A stretch of 63,148 nt of DNA, filler included, from Dimargaris cristalligena (Eukaryota), in the NCBI GenBank assembly GCA_003614675.1. It is 16 parts of 16 records of this genome, joined end to end, with 100 filler letters (N's around TTAATTAATTAA, not from the genome) between each part and the next. Parts side by side here need not be neighbours in the genome. Positions count along the whole stretch, not along the records: positions 11,969 to 15,858 come from ML003866.1; positions 15,959 to 19,847 come from ML003867.1; positions 19,948 to 23,820 come from ML003868.1; positions 23,921 to 27,782 come from ML003869.1; 12 more parts are not named here. The stretch is one strand, 5' to 3'. Positions within the stretch are counted from its first letter, which is position 1; every line of letters begins with the position of its first letter. Below are positions 12,409 through 24,355 of the stretch, in pieces. The notes beneath the pieces are model-generated. The model did not search any database. It saw nothing but the letters and a program-made list of their open reading frames with translations, and had not been told where the DNA came from. A program made the position numbers and the translations under genes.

Positions 12409-14032
12409 TATTTTTGAACAACTCTACATTATGTATTCCTCCCAGCATTTTAAATCGAGGCTCCCATAACAAATAATGTATCAACCCTCATATTCGCCAT
12501 ACAAATACTGACCCCTATCCATTAATGCTAGCCTTGACATCCCCCCCCCACATCTTCAGCACTCCCTCGTTAAAGCTGGCGTTTAAACCACACCATTCCT
12601 TTTTTTACCGAGTGGCTATGAATTGCAATCTTTCAGCTTTCGTTGCTTTGGTGAATGATTGCAACCTTGGCCTATGGCATTGTCGTACTATGCTAATATA
12701 TAATTACTATGCAACTCTGTCCTATGAATCCAACCCCAAATCTTAAAAGCGATTCACAAATCGATATCTTATATGAAGCCTATCCTATGTAGGGAGCGAA
12801 CATCTGGGCAACCTTTACATTATAGGACCTATAGATTCGGCCAGTTGAAAAACATACGCTTCCCGGAATACTGCCATTTCCATTGTTTAAATGGCTGAAA
12901 CTAATACAAAAATCTGCCAACTTCGCATTATCCTTTTAAACTGGGAGGGGGCACTTGGATGGTCGGGTCAAGTTGCCAATCGACAAACCATAACTTCTAT
13001 CTAGCCTTGTCGAACTTCCTCCCTTTCCTATTTAGCGAAAACACTATCCTAAAGGTGACAACCCATCTATTGATCACATCCAAGTCAATTGCTAGAGATT
13101 AGATATATTTCATCTAGTACATATCACTTGGTAGAGACTACACTTCCCCTATCGGGTCTGCTCTATTTCTCATCTATACCGCTGGATTATATGTACCACT
13201 CTAAGTATATAGTCTTTGGGAGAACTTGCGGCTAAATGGAATATGTAATTGTTTGGAATATCAGTTGAGCGTTTCCTGGTTGGCCTCACTTTCATGTTGG
13301 CCGTAACAATCATTTTTTTTAATGGCGTCTTATACAACCAGACCTGGAAGAATCTTGTATGATTTGGATGCCTTACGATTCAACCCATAAATGAGTGGCA
13401 CATCACTGGTGCATGGCGTCTAACAAGGGCAAATTTTGGAATGAAATTTCAATATGATACAACTATTAGCCCCCAACGCCTGTTCATTTTTACATGTTTC
13501 ATGTTAGGCAGGGAGAAAAATGCGATTGGCTTCCAAATCGATTCGAAAGTGGCATTGTAAATCGCCTTGATGATAATTCTTATGTCGATGTGGTCGCCTA
13601 ACGAGCGACTAGTTATCCTCAAATTCTTATCAATGTGCTCTATATAATGTAAATGTGCACACCATTGTGTTCTTAAGGCATATTGGTTGATTGAGGGAGC
13701 CTACGGTGGCTAGAACAGCCTGCTATATTCATGTTGACGTTTGGCCTTGGACCACATGCAATAAGTCCAAGCCACTCTTCCGAATACCTAGCTGCGCAAG
13801 TATAGCCCACTTTAACCAGCCTCTGTAATTCCATATTTTCATCTTCTGATATATTAGCGAGGCCAATACTGTAGTGATCATTTTATTTAAAACCCCGGCA
13901 TCCACCCTCCAATAAAATTTCAACATCCATTTGTCGCTCTCTCGCCATCGCCTCGACGCTTGAACACGCATAGTCCTACAGTATTTTCCCCACCGCTGTC
14001 TCCCTTTTCTCTCGACTAACTATCCTCCGATC

Positions 14033-14883
14033 ATGTCGAACCGCAACGGACCCTACTATTTCAACAATTCTAGCCGTAGCAATTGGCAAAATAGCCACAA
14101 CCGGCAATCCGGAAGTAAGTAGCCAAGAAGGCATTCTGCCGAAGTATATGGGCACCTGACTATCGACCATAATAATTTATTTTTACGTAGTGCCAATCCC
14201 ATATTATTTACAAATCTCCGCATTTTTATCTATATAATTTATTATGATTGGTATTAGGCGGTTCAAGTAGCCTGGGCGCCCAGCCCTCTTCGGATGTTGG
14301 CAACCCGACATCTTCCATTTACAATGCCCCAGTCTCATCAGTCTACAATGCCCCTTCATCGACCTATAGCCAGGCACCTGCTTCAAGCAATATCACCCAG
14401 TCTCCATATGTCAATAGCCACCTGCCTCCTTCGGATTTAAGCAGCTATGATCCACCAACCAATAGTCACCCGTCCTTCCCCCATCTTAGCAACCCTTTCT
14501 TATCGGATACTGGCATTCCGGGCTTTCCTAGGTCCGACTCCAGTTTATCCCAGAAGCCTCAATACGGCGCACCCTTTAGTCCCATAAACAAATCCACGGG
14601 CCAAATAGAGGAAGGCTATGGGTCGGATAGTTTTAATGCCTCGGGTCATCGATACACTGAATCAATGAATGCACCCACAATTGTGCACATTAGACAATCC
14701 TACAGTCAGTCATCCGCCCAACCAGTACGCCCAACCTCCGCCACTTACCCACCTTTTTATTCGAATCACTCATCGGCTCAAATGGCGCGACCAAGCTCTG
14801 TTAGTACAGCTACTACCCAGTTTGGAAACTGGTCTTTCCAGGATTCAAGCAGTGGTGACAAGTCGGACCAAGACGATAATTAG
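14033..14883 (+). CDS. Ser/Pro/Asn-rich low-complexity protein of unknown function. Exons 14033-14114, 14258-14883
   Basis: ATG at 14033, GTAAGT donor at 14115 and TAG acceptor at 14257 join in phase to the 211-aa ORF; internal repeat SSIYNAP/SSVYNAP/SSTYSQAP. Confidence 0.65.
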
Positions 14884-15718
14884 TATAGCCCAAGGCAAAA
14901 AGTTTGAGATATGCAACCTTTATCATGTCGGGTGACGTCTTGATATCCCAAATATTGAGACTCTGGGCTAGTCATACCTAACGAGTATTTTTTCCAAGCC
15001 ACCCACTCACTATAGTTAGGCAATTTATCTCCTAAACCACAAATGTCTTTTGTAAACCTCCTGGTAGTTTGTGGTATTCCCGGTTCTTCATCGTTACTAA
15101 TTGAATAAATTTGAGGACCTTGTCCCAGTGTGTGTCAGTATACGACGGTGTTCGACCAAGGCTGTTCAGCGTGTATAAAATAACCAATGTTCTAAACAGT
15201 CCACATAATAGGCGCTATTTTGGTGCTTCCGCTTGTCTCTTTTGTGTGCCTTCCATATATTAAAGCATATTTTCAAAATCCACTTGCCATTAGTTACTTT
15301 ATCTCCTGAACAATGTCAACAACCGATAGGCCCAAGCCAATATTAGATAGTGTGTATATACAGCCTCCATGCTGATGGATTATCTTGCAATTTTATCTGT
15401 GGAATGGCTTTATTTTAGAAGCTGCGTGACCTCTAATATTCATTAGACATTTAAGTATTGTTATTTACACCCACTGCCCAATGCCACATATGGTATTCTC
15501 ACTAATAAGACCAGGAACTCATATTAACAAACTGGGTCTTGGGCCATAATACTTTGCTGTTTAGTGGCTCCCAAAGGAATATATATGGCCTTGGGTAACA
15601 CCATTATGTGACCAATGTACTCTTGATTAATTTTTAACTTAAGAAAAATTATAAGCTGATTATGTTCCACTGATATCTAATTATTTGACATGTATCAGCT
15701 ATTTACTATAGTCCCCCT

Positions 15719-15858
15719 GTGTTGGCCCACCAAATCCTCCCTAAATATGGGAATAACTGATCGTCCCATCTGATCTTGCCTTATTGTACCATATTACTCT
15801 CCCCTTGCTATATAACCCACTATAACTGGGCCCCAATGCTTCTCACACAATACTCCAC
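15719..15858 (+). repeat. 5' part of a diverged family-A-like LTR
   Basis: tgttggcccaccaaatcc..ccttattgtaccatattactctccc resembles the start of 20090-20673. Confidence 0.45.
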
Positions 15859-15958
15859 NNNNNNNNNNNNNNNNNNNNNNNNNNNNNNNNNNNNNNNNNN
15901 NNTTAATTAATTAANNNNNNNNNNNNNNNNNNNNNNNNNNNNNNNNNNNNNNNNNNNN

Positions 15959-16353
15959 TATGGGTGAAATTCAAACCAGCTGTATAAGGTTTTACATAGT
16001 ACATATATGGGTGAATATGTGGGAGAATAGCTTTTAACCAGCAATATTGGCCTTATTCAATGGATTTTTCATTATACCGCCTGAATGAACTTCTCCCATA
16101 TGAATTGGCCAAGATGAGACAGAGGATGCTTTGGAAGAGCTAGTCCATGTTTAATTTTTTAAAGTGCACCGCTCATGATTGTCAAGTTCTTTAAGAGTAT
16201 AGGGACATTCATAGGAGAGAAGTTCATTCAGGCGGTATAATGAAAAATCCATTGAATAAGGCCAATATTGCTGGTTAAAAGCTATTCTCCCACATATTCA
16301 CCCATATATGTACTATGTAAAACCTTATACAGCTGGTTTGAATTTCACCCATA
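15959..16353. mobile_element. Two near-identical ~142-bp MITE copies in inverted orientation (15959-16100 and 16212-16353)
   Basis: Arms are reverse complements; each unit has imperfect TIRs TATGGG(T/A)GAA..TTC(T/A)CCCATA and TA ends. Confidence 0.85.
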
Positions 16354-18209
16354 GGAACGTCCCAAGTGGCCCTGGTGTGTTCTTTTATGTGCATCATAAA
16401 GCTTTACCATGCTACTGACAGATAATACAGACCTATTGATGGATGTTTAATCATGCAGAGCATGCGACCGAATTTGACAATTTGAGCCCGGGACATATTT
16501 ACCAATATAACCCTTAGGTAATTGTAGATTTTTAAGTGATATTCTAATGTAATTAAGTATTATACGTTATTGGTGAACCCCAATAAAAATTAGTTTTATA
16601 GTGTTGTATGCCAACCGGAGTCAAATGGGATAGAGTATAACTGGTTTATTAAATAGTAATGCTATAAAGAAACCATCCAGAACTATGGGGGGCTGATAGT
16701 TTTGAGTATAACCAATGAGGGTGCATCTTCCCATTCTACTAGATGTTAGACTAACCCTTTTATTGATCGTATGGGCCATTCCAGTATAGTGGTCACCATA
16801 TGTCTAGCACACTAGTAATAGCTTCTTCCATATACTAGAGTATGTTCACTATGCAAACCCATTATCCAATGCGCCAATGAAAAAATAATATACCACAGTT
16901 AAAGGGTCACTATCCCTCCCCTAATAAATGGACTCTCCTCTTCAACCTTTTCCGCCTCCACTCTCCTCCTTATTTCATTTCTCCTTGAGATTATCTACAA
17001 CTCCTCTCGTTGAATAGCTGGCTTGTACTGTAGGGGGTCTCAAGTCTAACATCTCGGTAATCAAAGGGACTTCTTTTGTCTAGCTGCAAGACGCACAAAC
17101 GAGGGGCTAATCCATTGGCCATTTGGCGTTGATCCCTTTAGATTAAAAATATAAGATGGAGCAGTGTCTATACTTTGCCGCATTCACGAGTTCGACGATA
17201 TGCTGGTCTGATATCCAGAATCCGGGAAGAGGGCCCTGGGCTGTTTCAGGAATAGAGCTAGCGAGCTACGGTCGGTTTGGGATGTATCTAACGGCCATTG
17301 TACACCTGTAATGCATTCTTCTGTATAACAGCCATTTCCATTACTATCAAACCTCAAAGTACACATAGTGCTATTACACCTTTTGGGTGCTTTCTACTTC
17401 ATCTATGAATTTACGGGCGTATCGAGCATAGCTTGGTCGTAGTTAAATATAATTTTATTCGCTCGTATACCGAGTAAATGGGCCAAGCAGGTGCAAGTGG
17501 ACACCCCTTGGGGACGGAGAGGGGATAATACCCTAGCTAATCGTCAATGCCACCTTTCCGGTTGTACAGCAGGAGGTGGGGGAAATATGATTTTTCCCCT
17601 AACAACTGGACGACTTGCCAGGTAGAGTGCAATGGCGGATATTACAGACATAAAGTCTGCAAGTAAGGATTGGCAAAGAAGTGCGTAAATAATGAACATT
17701 CGGCTTTATTATTTTACGACACCATGGGATTTCCCATAGACTAAAGAAGGAGCCAGGATAAACGCCAAGAATAAGAGGCTGGGCATGAAAAGGGGGTATA
17801 CAGCGAAAAAGAAGAAGCGCAGAGAAAAAATAGGGTTAAATTGATCGGCCAAAGACCAGGCGTATGATAATTGTAGATAGGGGCGCCTGGATAATTATTG
17901 TCGGATTCACCCCCTCCCCACCCGATAAATGGAGGAAATGCCGATATCTACGCCACTTGAAATGCATTTGCTGTTCTTTGACGTAGCGCTAACTATATCA
18001 CTCTTGCCCACCCCATCCTATCGTCCATCTGTGTTTATCTATATAAGCCTGGGCCTGTGGCCTCACTTACAATACCATAGTCACCACCTTTTCACATTAC
18101 ATACCGAATATACCCTCCCATTCCCATCCCCACATTCAATTTCATCTTGACTTGGCCAACCAGTTTCACAATTGTTTCCCTTTTATCTACACCCATTCAG
18201 CCTTTCAAC

Positions 18210-18464
18210 ATGCATTTTGCTTTCACCGCCCGTATTCTAGTGCTCCTTGTCGCTCTTACTTATGCCGCCTCGCCTATACTCGCGGAAACCACTTCTGGAC
18301 ATGGAAACCCCTACGAAAGCAATACTCAAGTGACTGAGATGAAGCCACACTCGATGAGAAGCAGAGCCGGAAGTTTCGCAGCTGGCAGTGCCCTTGGATA
18401 TTTAGGAATGAAGACATACGACAAGCTTACTGGCAAAAACGACAAAAAGGGCTCTGATGACTAA
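18210..18464 (+). CDS. Small secreted protein (84 aa), unknown function
   Basis: CAACATG start, hydrophobic signal peptide MHFAFTARILVLLVALTYAASPILA, upstream TATATAAG near 18040, single exon. Confidence 0.7.
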   Translation: MHFAFTARILVLLVALTYAASPILAETTSGHGNPYESNTQVTEMKPHSMRSRAGSFAAGSALGYLGMKTYDKLTGKNDKKGSDD

Positions 18465-19731
18465 GATCCCCAATCCTGTCTACTGACTTCCAGTGTTTTA
18501 TATATCATGGACGCGGTTACACTCATTCTGTGACTTGTAATTCATTCATCGTTTTTGCTCTTCTCGCCTTTTCCATAGACTGAATGAGATAACTACCCCT
18601 TGTTGGTACCCAGTTATTCATTTTAAAAAAGTAGATTACAATATAAAACAAGATGGTTCAAGGAGTTTGGGCCTGCGAAGGGGCATATTGACTAAGAGTA
18701 GCTACTCTTCAACTGCAAGGTTCGATGTAAATAAAAGCATGAATACACTAACACAGATGATAGAAAGCCGGCTGGTTAATGTGAGTTGATGGCGCTGGTG
18801 AATTGTATATTGCTTTGGAGATGCAGGCTTATGTATTTTGGTCAGAGATTCAGAATTAATATTGAGTCATTTATGTACCACGGGTGTTCAATATGAAGAC
18901 CCACTAATGGATTTTGTAGTAAGGAATCTAAGGGCTCACGTTTGGAGTGGATTGATTGACCTAAATACATACTGAGGTTAAATTGGCGAGAGGCCCTGAA
19001 CTAATTACGAGCTATTTGATATATATGATTTTTCAAGTCTTGGAGGGTTTGGGGCATTTCTTATAATTTTGGTTAAGTTCAATTCCAACATACTTACACC
19101 ATGCTTGGTGACCATGGTCAGCCCTTTACCTGTCCGAGGCTTGCCTATAAATGAAAACTGTGTAGTAAATTTTATGACCCTTGTCAGCAAGTCCATTTCT
19201 TATGTTAAAGTATTATATAGAGCTTCATTACACTAACTGTTTCCTATCTACCTTACTCAACCCAACTGTAGTACACCAGTTCCGGGTATTAAAATTTTCT
19301 TACCAAATGCTATTTATGTAAGGGATTAGACTACTGCAGCTAGTGCTTCAAGAAAATCCTGTTTGGCCTGAAGTTGGCATCATTCACCAAGTCTTCTTGG
19401 GGTGTTGGTGAATTAATCCATGACAAAGCCTTGGATGTATAGCCAGGCCTCTTTTGCTCCCCAGTACAGCCCCCCTCCTCCCTGTTGCCTCTGAGCTGCT
19501 TATCCCAATAGTGATTCTGTTTTACTGTGCTCTTCTTTTGTTCAATTATATGGCATATCTCTTCCCCTACCTGGCCCCTTCATAGTCACCCATTTTATTA
19601 ACTCAGGGAATGCTTCATTTTAGCCCAACCTAGTGATATTATCTTTCTGAGAGGGCATGCTGGCTCACCAACCCCCTCACACTATGTGGCCAAGGATTTG
19701 CATCTACTTTCTTTTTTATTTTGGATACTAC

Positions 19732-19847
19732 TGTGGTGAACTTACCACATTTTTTACTTACTTTTATTTTTTATCTATTTTTCGCACTTATTGGAAGTAC
19801 GCCCCTGACGAGTGAATGAGCCCCTGCCCCTGCCCCTGACGAGTATG
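19732..19847 (+). repeat. Family-B LTR, 5' portion (TGTGGTGAACTTACC.., GCCCCT repeats)
   Basis: Same sequence at 31466-31738 (+) and 55452-55719 (-); begins with TG. Confidence 0.8.
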
Positions 19848-19947
19848 NNNNNNNNNNNNNNNNNNNNNNNNNNNNNNNNNNNNNNNNNNNNTTAATTAAT
19901 TAANNNNNNNNNNNNNNNNNNNNNNNNNNNNNNNNNNNNNNNNNNNN

Positions 19948-20076
19948 TTTCAAGTATAAATACTCCCCCTTGCTACCACCTCTTGGAACAGCAAGTCTAT
20001 CATCACCTTTCCCTTCTTATCATCTATCTTTTCAAATAAAGTTCAGTTTTTAAGGATTTAATTTCAGTTCTTTACA
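19948..20076 (+). repeat. Family-B LTR, 3' portion (TATAAATA, AATAAA, ends TTCTTTACA)
   Basis: Same sequence at 39747-39976 (+) and 51305-51435 (-); the overlap ctttctctat..catctatc..ttca at 55452-55480 and ~39807-39835 links it to the 5' portion. Confidence 0.8.
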
Positions 20077-20089
20077 GTTTTGATATGAG

Positions 20090-20673
20090 TGTTGGCCCTC
20101 CTAATCCAACTTAATCTGGGCTTGGTGATTACCCACCTTATTAGGCCTTATAGTGCCATATTAACCCTCCCATGGTCACCCCCGGTACTATGGGGCCATC
20201 ATTTATCATATACCCACTCTCCTGCCAGGCCTCCAGCATTTGCACTAATTACTCTGCCGTCAATCCAAAGACTCTTCCTATTCCCATGAGAGTCTTCCAG
20301 ATATGATGCCCATCCAGTTGGCCTAGTTATCAATATCTTAGTTTTATAGTACTTTCCCTTAGGGACCTCCCTTTGGAGTTGTCCCTATATATATATAACT
20401 GGGCCCCCTTGGGACTGGTTAGGTTCCTTAGCTTATTCATACCCCCATAGTTTACCCCAATAAACTCTATATATACTCATCCCCTCATACTGACCAGTAA
20501 GTGTGCCCACTGCACATCCCTTACATTGATCTAATCACTTAAGCCTTTATTGGTTAGCACTGTACCCATACCTTATGCTAGTAGCCTGCTTGGCTGAGCC
20601 TAAGCCCCACCTACTGTTGGAAGCCTACCCCTGGTACTCTTGATGGACTAAGAGTGGATAACCCAGGGCTGCA
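20090..20673 (+). mobile_element. Complete solo LTR, family A (584 bp) with 5-bp target-site duplication ATGAG
   Basis: TG...CA ends, ATGAG at 20085-20089 and 20674-20678, internal TATA and AATAAA; homologous copies elsewhere in the window. Confidence 0.9.
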
Positions 20674-22361
20674 ATGAGATTTCGGATTTTACAAAAATGT
20701 ATTTATAACCTGATGCTAATTTGTATTTAAAGGTTTTGACCTATGGATATATTAAAGATAATGCACCCCATTGATGCACCTCTCTCCAATTTATTATATC
20801 CCAGAAATTTAATTAGCAGATTGCTTTCTCCAATCACTTCTACTGCCAATTTGTAGTGCCACCCAGAGGTTGGCACTTATCCCCAGACTATGGACAGCCA
20901 GTCCTCATTGTCAGAGGGCGGAATATGCTGTGATATGCAATGGCAGTATAATTCCTATCATTTTCCCACAAAAAATACTGCCTATACTGTGGCATACACA
21001 AAAAACAACAAAAATATTATTTATTTCCTTATACTTGTGGTTTGCATTAAAAAGTCTGCCATTCTTCCTTGCATTTAAAAGTCTGACCTATTTTTCAGTA
21101 GATTCCTTGTCATTCCATCTTATTCCATCTCATTCCATTCTTGACCCTTTTTCTATGTCTCTTTCCTTATATCCAGTGGCCCCTAAGGCCCACAGAATAG
21201 TTATATAAGTAACCAGTGAATTCCCGCTCATTTGAAAAAGGGGATAATCATCACTTATTTTAATTTTGAACTCAATTTTACTATTCCTTGAACTCAACTG
21301 TGACCTTTATTGATTACTAATTATTAACCCCCTTGTTTTTATTATTTCTCAATAAACTTTGACACTCCTTGTTTATCCCCCATCCCCCATCTAATTTGCT
21401 AACCATCTGCCCCTCTGAAACCCCAACATGATGATGCCCAACTCTGCCCCTGTCTCCTCTAACTCCATGAACCTCCCATCTTTGACAACCAGGGAGCTGG
21501 CCACCGCGACTTTAGGCCATGCTGATAAGGAGGCTGCTGCCTCCTTGCAAAACCCAAAGGCTGCTGGCAACAGGCCGGACCTCCCAGGTAGTACAAATTG
21601 ACATAATACTGTGTACCTTACATGGTATATATTTGGCATAATTGTATAAGGTATACTCTATATGAGTGGGCCAGGGTGTTCAATCTGCCTATCCTTAAAA
21701 TTGCTAATAGGACCATTCCTAATCCCTATACCATCACTCCCTTCTTAGACTGATTAAGGAATAATTACCTATACAGCTACTTAGAGCGACTAAAGGGCAG
21801 AATGTGGTGATTAGTGCTTAGTTTTGTATCAGCATAGAAGGTGGTGGGCAAATTGGTTTATAGTCTCAGCAATATCAGGTGTAACTATGCATTTTGATAT
21901 TTTCATTTGTTTCCCGGCTTTTATTAGTTTGATTATTAACCAGATGGCAAGTTAGGCATATTGCTTAAGTACTAATTAAGGCAATCAATAGCCGGCATGA
22001 ATTTTAATAAAAAGGATATTCCCCTGATTTATGAAGGAAAGAGGCATCTGGGGTATAAGTAAAAGTCCTAGAGATAAGCTGCCAGATTTAGCATACATGT
22101 TGGGTTCTGGCTGGTTCGATATTACCGCAATCTTGGAGGGTTGGGCTGCTTCAAAATGAACAACTGGGTGGGTCGCATGGGGGACAATCTCACCGATGGT
22201 ACCAGTGTCCTAGATTTATTAGTAAAACCCTTTGGGGTATTGGTAATTAGTTGTTTTGCAATGGCCTTAAGATGCCTACAGCCTTTATATCCCGGTATCC
22301 CGTTGAGTACCTGGTGTTTGATTAGTAGCCCCCTGGGTCATTCCGCTTCCCCCATATAAAT

Positions 22362-22505
22362 ATGAGTGAGATTCAACTTCAGCTGTATAAGATTTTGGAA
22401 AGTAATATTTATGTAAAAATATGCGAGCAGACTACGTTCTGCACGTAAAAGCAATTGCTTCAAACGGGTTGTACGTTATACGGCTAGATTGAACCTCTCC
22501 CATAT
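22362..22505. mobile_element. Diverged full-length MITE copy
   Basis: tatgagtgagattcaacttcagctgtataag ... ttatacggctagattgaacctctcccatat matches both MITE ends. Confidence 0.65.
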
Positions 22506-24355
22506 CGTGGCATTTTGGCCTCAGCATAGGCTGACTTCGTCCGGGAACTTCCGCTGCTTAGCTTGGCATATAGCCCATTTTCATTCACAGCTGGCCTATA
22601 AAATCAACAGACCCAACCACATCCACTGCGCCTCACTTTAGTAGTTCGATCCTGTCCGTCTCGACTATATATATTTCTGGCCCGTCGGATGATTAATTGG
22701 GATGTAGTGGCGCACTCGGCCAATAGTAGAGCTAGTGCAACAACCAACAGGATGGCAGGGTCTATTCCCGTCGGCGGATTTTAAAATCTAAGGACTCCTG
22801 CCTCCTCCCCCTTGTCCAGGGAGAGGGCCCTTCCACTATTATATCTACGCAATAAGGCATTTACATTATATCCCGATTGGCCCCATATGACTCGTAACAG
22901 GACAATGGGTATGCAGTCTATGGTTCGCGCTGGCTAAAACGGTAGGTTGTACAGACCTATAGTTCAACGAAGAACGACACTCCCAATGAATGCATGGGTG
23001 GCCATGGCCAAGGTAGAACACGGGAGCCCAGTGAGTCCTTTAGCGGAGCCAGGTAGGGAAAAACCACCTATGCACACTACCCTTCTTCCCCTATATTTGC
23101 GACTGGAAAACGAACTAAACCGACCCTTATCCAACTATAACGTGGGGGTCGAGGGGGACGGAGAGGATTTACCAGAGGACTTCGGTCCGAGGGGGGAGCA
23201 ATTTGAAGATCAGCAATTTGGCACTAATAAAGTCTATAGATATTTTATTTAAACATAATCGGTTCCGGGGTTTTGGAGACCTCGTCTCGTTTTATACTTC
23301 CTAGATCTTTAGAGGTTCCCCGGGTCTGCTACCATTCGCGCATTGCATCACGGGGTCGCCTGGTCCATTGAGTCACGTGGATGAGTTAACTCGTGGATGC
23401 GCGGCCCCTCTTGCGGTTGCACAACCAAAATTGGCCCTTTGATAAAGGAATACCCTTGCGATGGACGGGGATATCCTCCAAGGTTAAAAGGGAACAACGT
23501 CGTGGTACGAAACGGGCCTTTGAATTTCTAAACCCAATGGGGGTCTCATCGAAGGTCCGGTGCAACACAGCTATATATCCCTTTGAGTGTTGTATATCCT
23601 TGGTGAGTGATGTGGAAGTAGTATAAAGTCCCATCCTATATGGTGTCGGTACCAGCGTAAATAAAATAAAGTACCTTTATCTGCCGACTACAATGCTATG
23701 CGCTAATATGGACAACATCCAAAGGGTATTACACTTATGTACTGCTGCATAGTGCAGGATTGAGGGAAGCTTATTTTTATCAATTTCTTTATTGGTTTTA
23801 TCAAGACCGGATCATTACTANNNNNNNNNNNNNNNNNNNNNNNNNNNNNNNNNNNNNNNNNNNNTTAATTAATTAANNNNNNNNNNNNNNNNNNNNNNNN
23901 NNNNNNNNNNNNNNNNNNNNCTGAATAGTATATAACAAAAGAACATGGTATAATCTCAACTCCTTAAGTTTCAATTTAATAATCAATAAATAACTCTTTA
24001 GAAGCTTTCTTTGCCCAACTCGGCACCTTGTTATTTTGACAATCCTTACCCCTTTTGGAAAATCGGTTAACCCATAGGTCCCACTCGACCCAAACCGTTA
24101 CACTATCTTTGGTTGGCTGTTGGTGCCTAATGTTGGAATTTGGGGGGTATTCCCAGAACCGATTAATTAAAGGGGCATATACCCGTCCGAATATACAGTG
24201 CTAATATAATTGAGGTACTAATCGTTTTATTTAAAACCATACTCAAATGGTGAAAGGGGCACTAGACTATCTGACTATCCTAAGCAGTGGAAGACTATAT
24301 GAATGTACGAGCCAGTTGAGGAAATCCGGGGAAGAGGAGGGGAGAGGGGTGTTGT

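Noticed and set aside
19005..22150. Shared tcttggagggtt (PNPPRL) at ~19037 and ~22130
   Set aside because: 12-nt match with no convincing flanking similarity.
22947..23634. Several short ORFs in moderately GC-rich sequence
   Set aside because: No coherent frame, splice model or motif.
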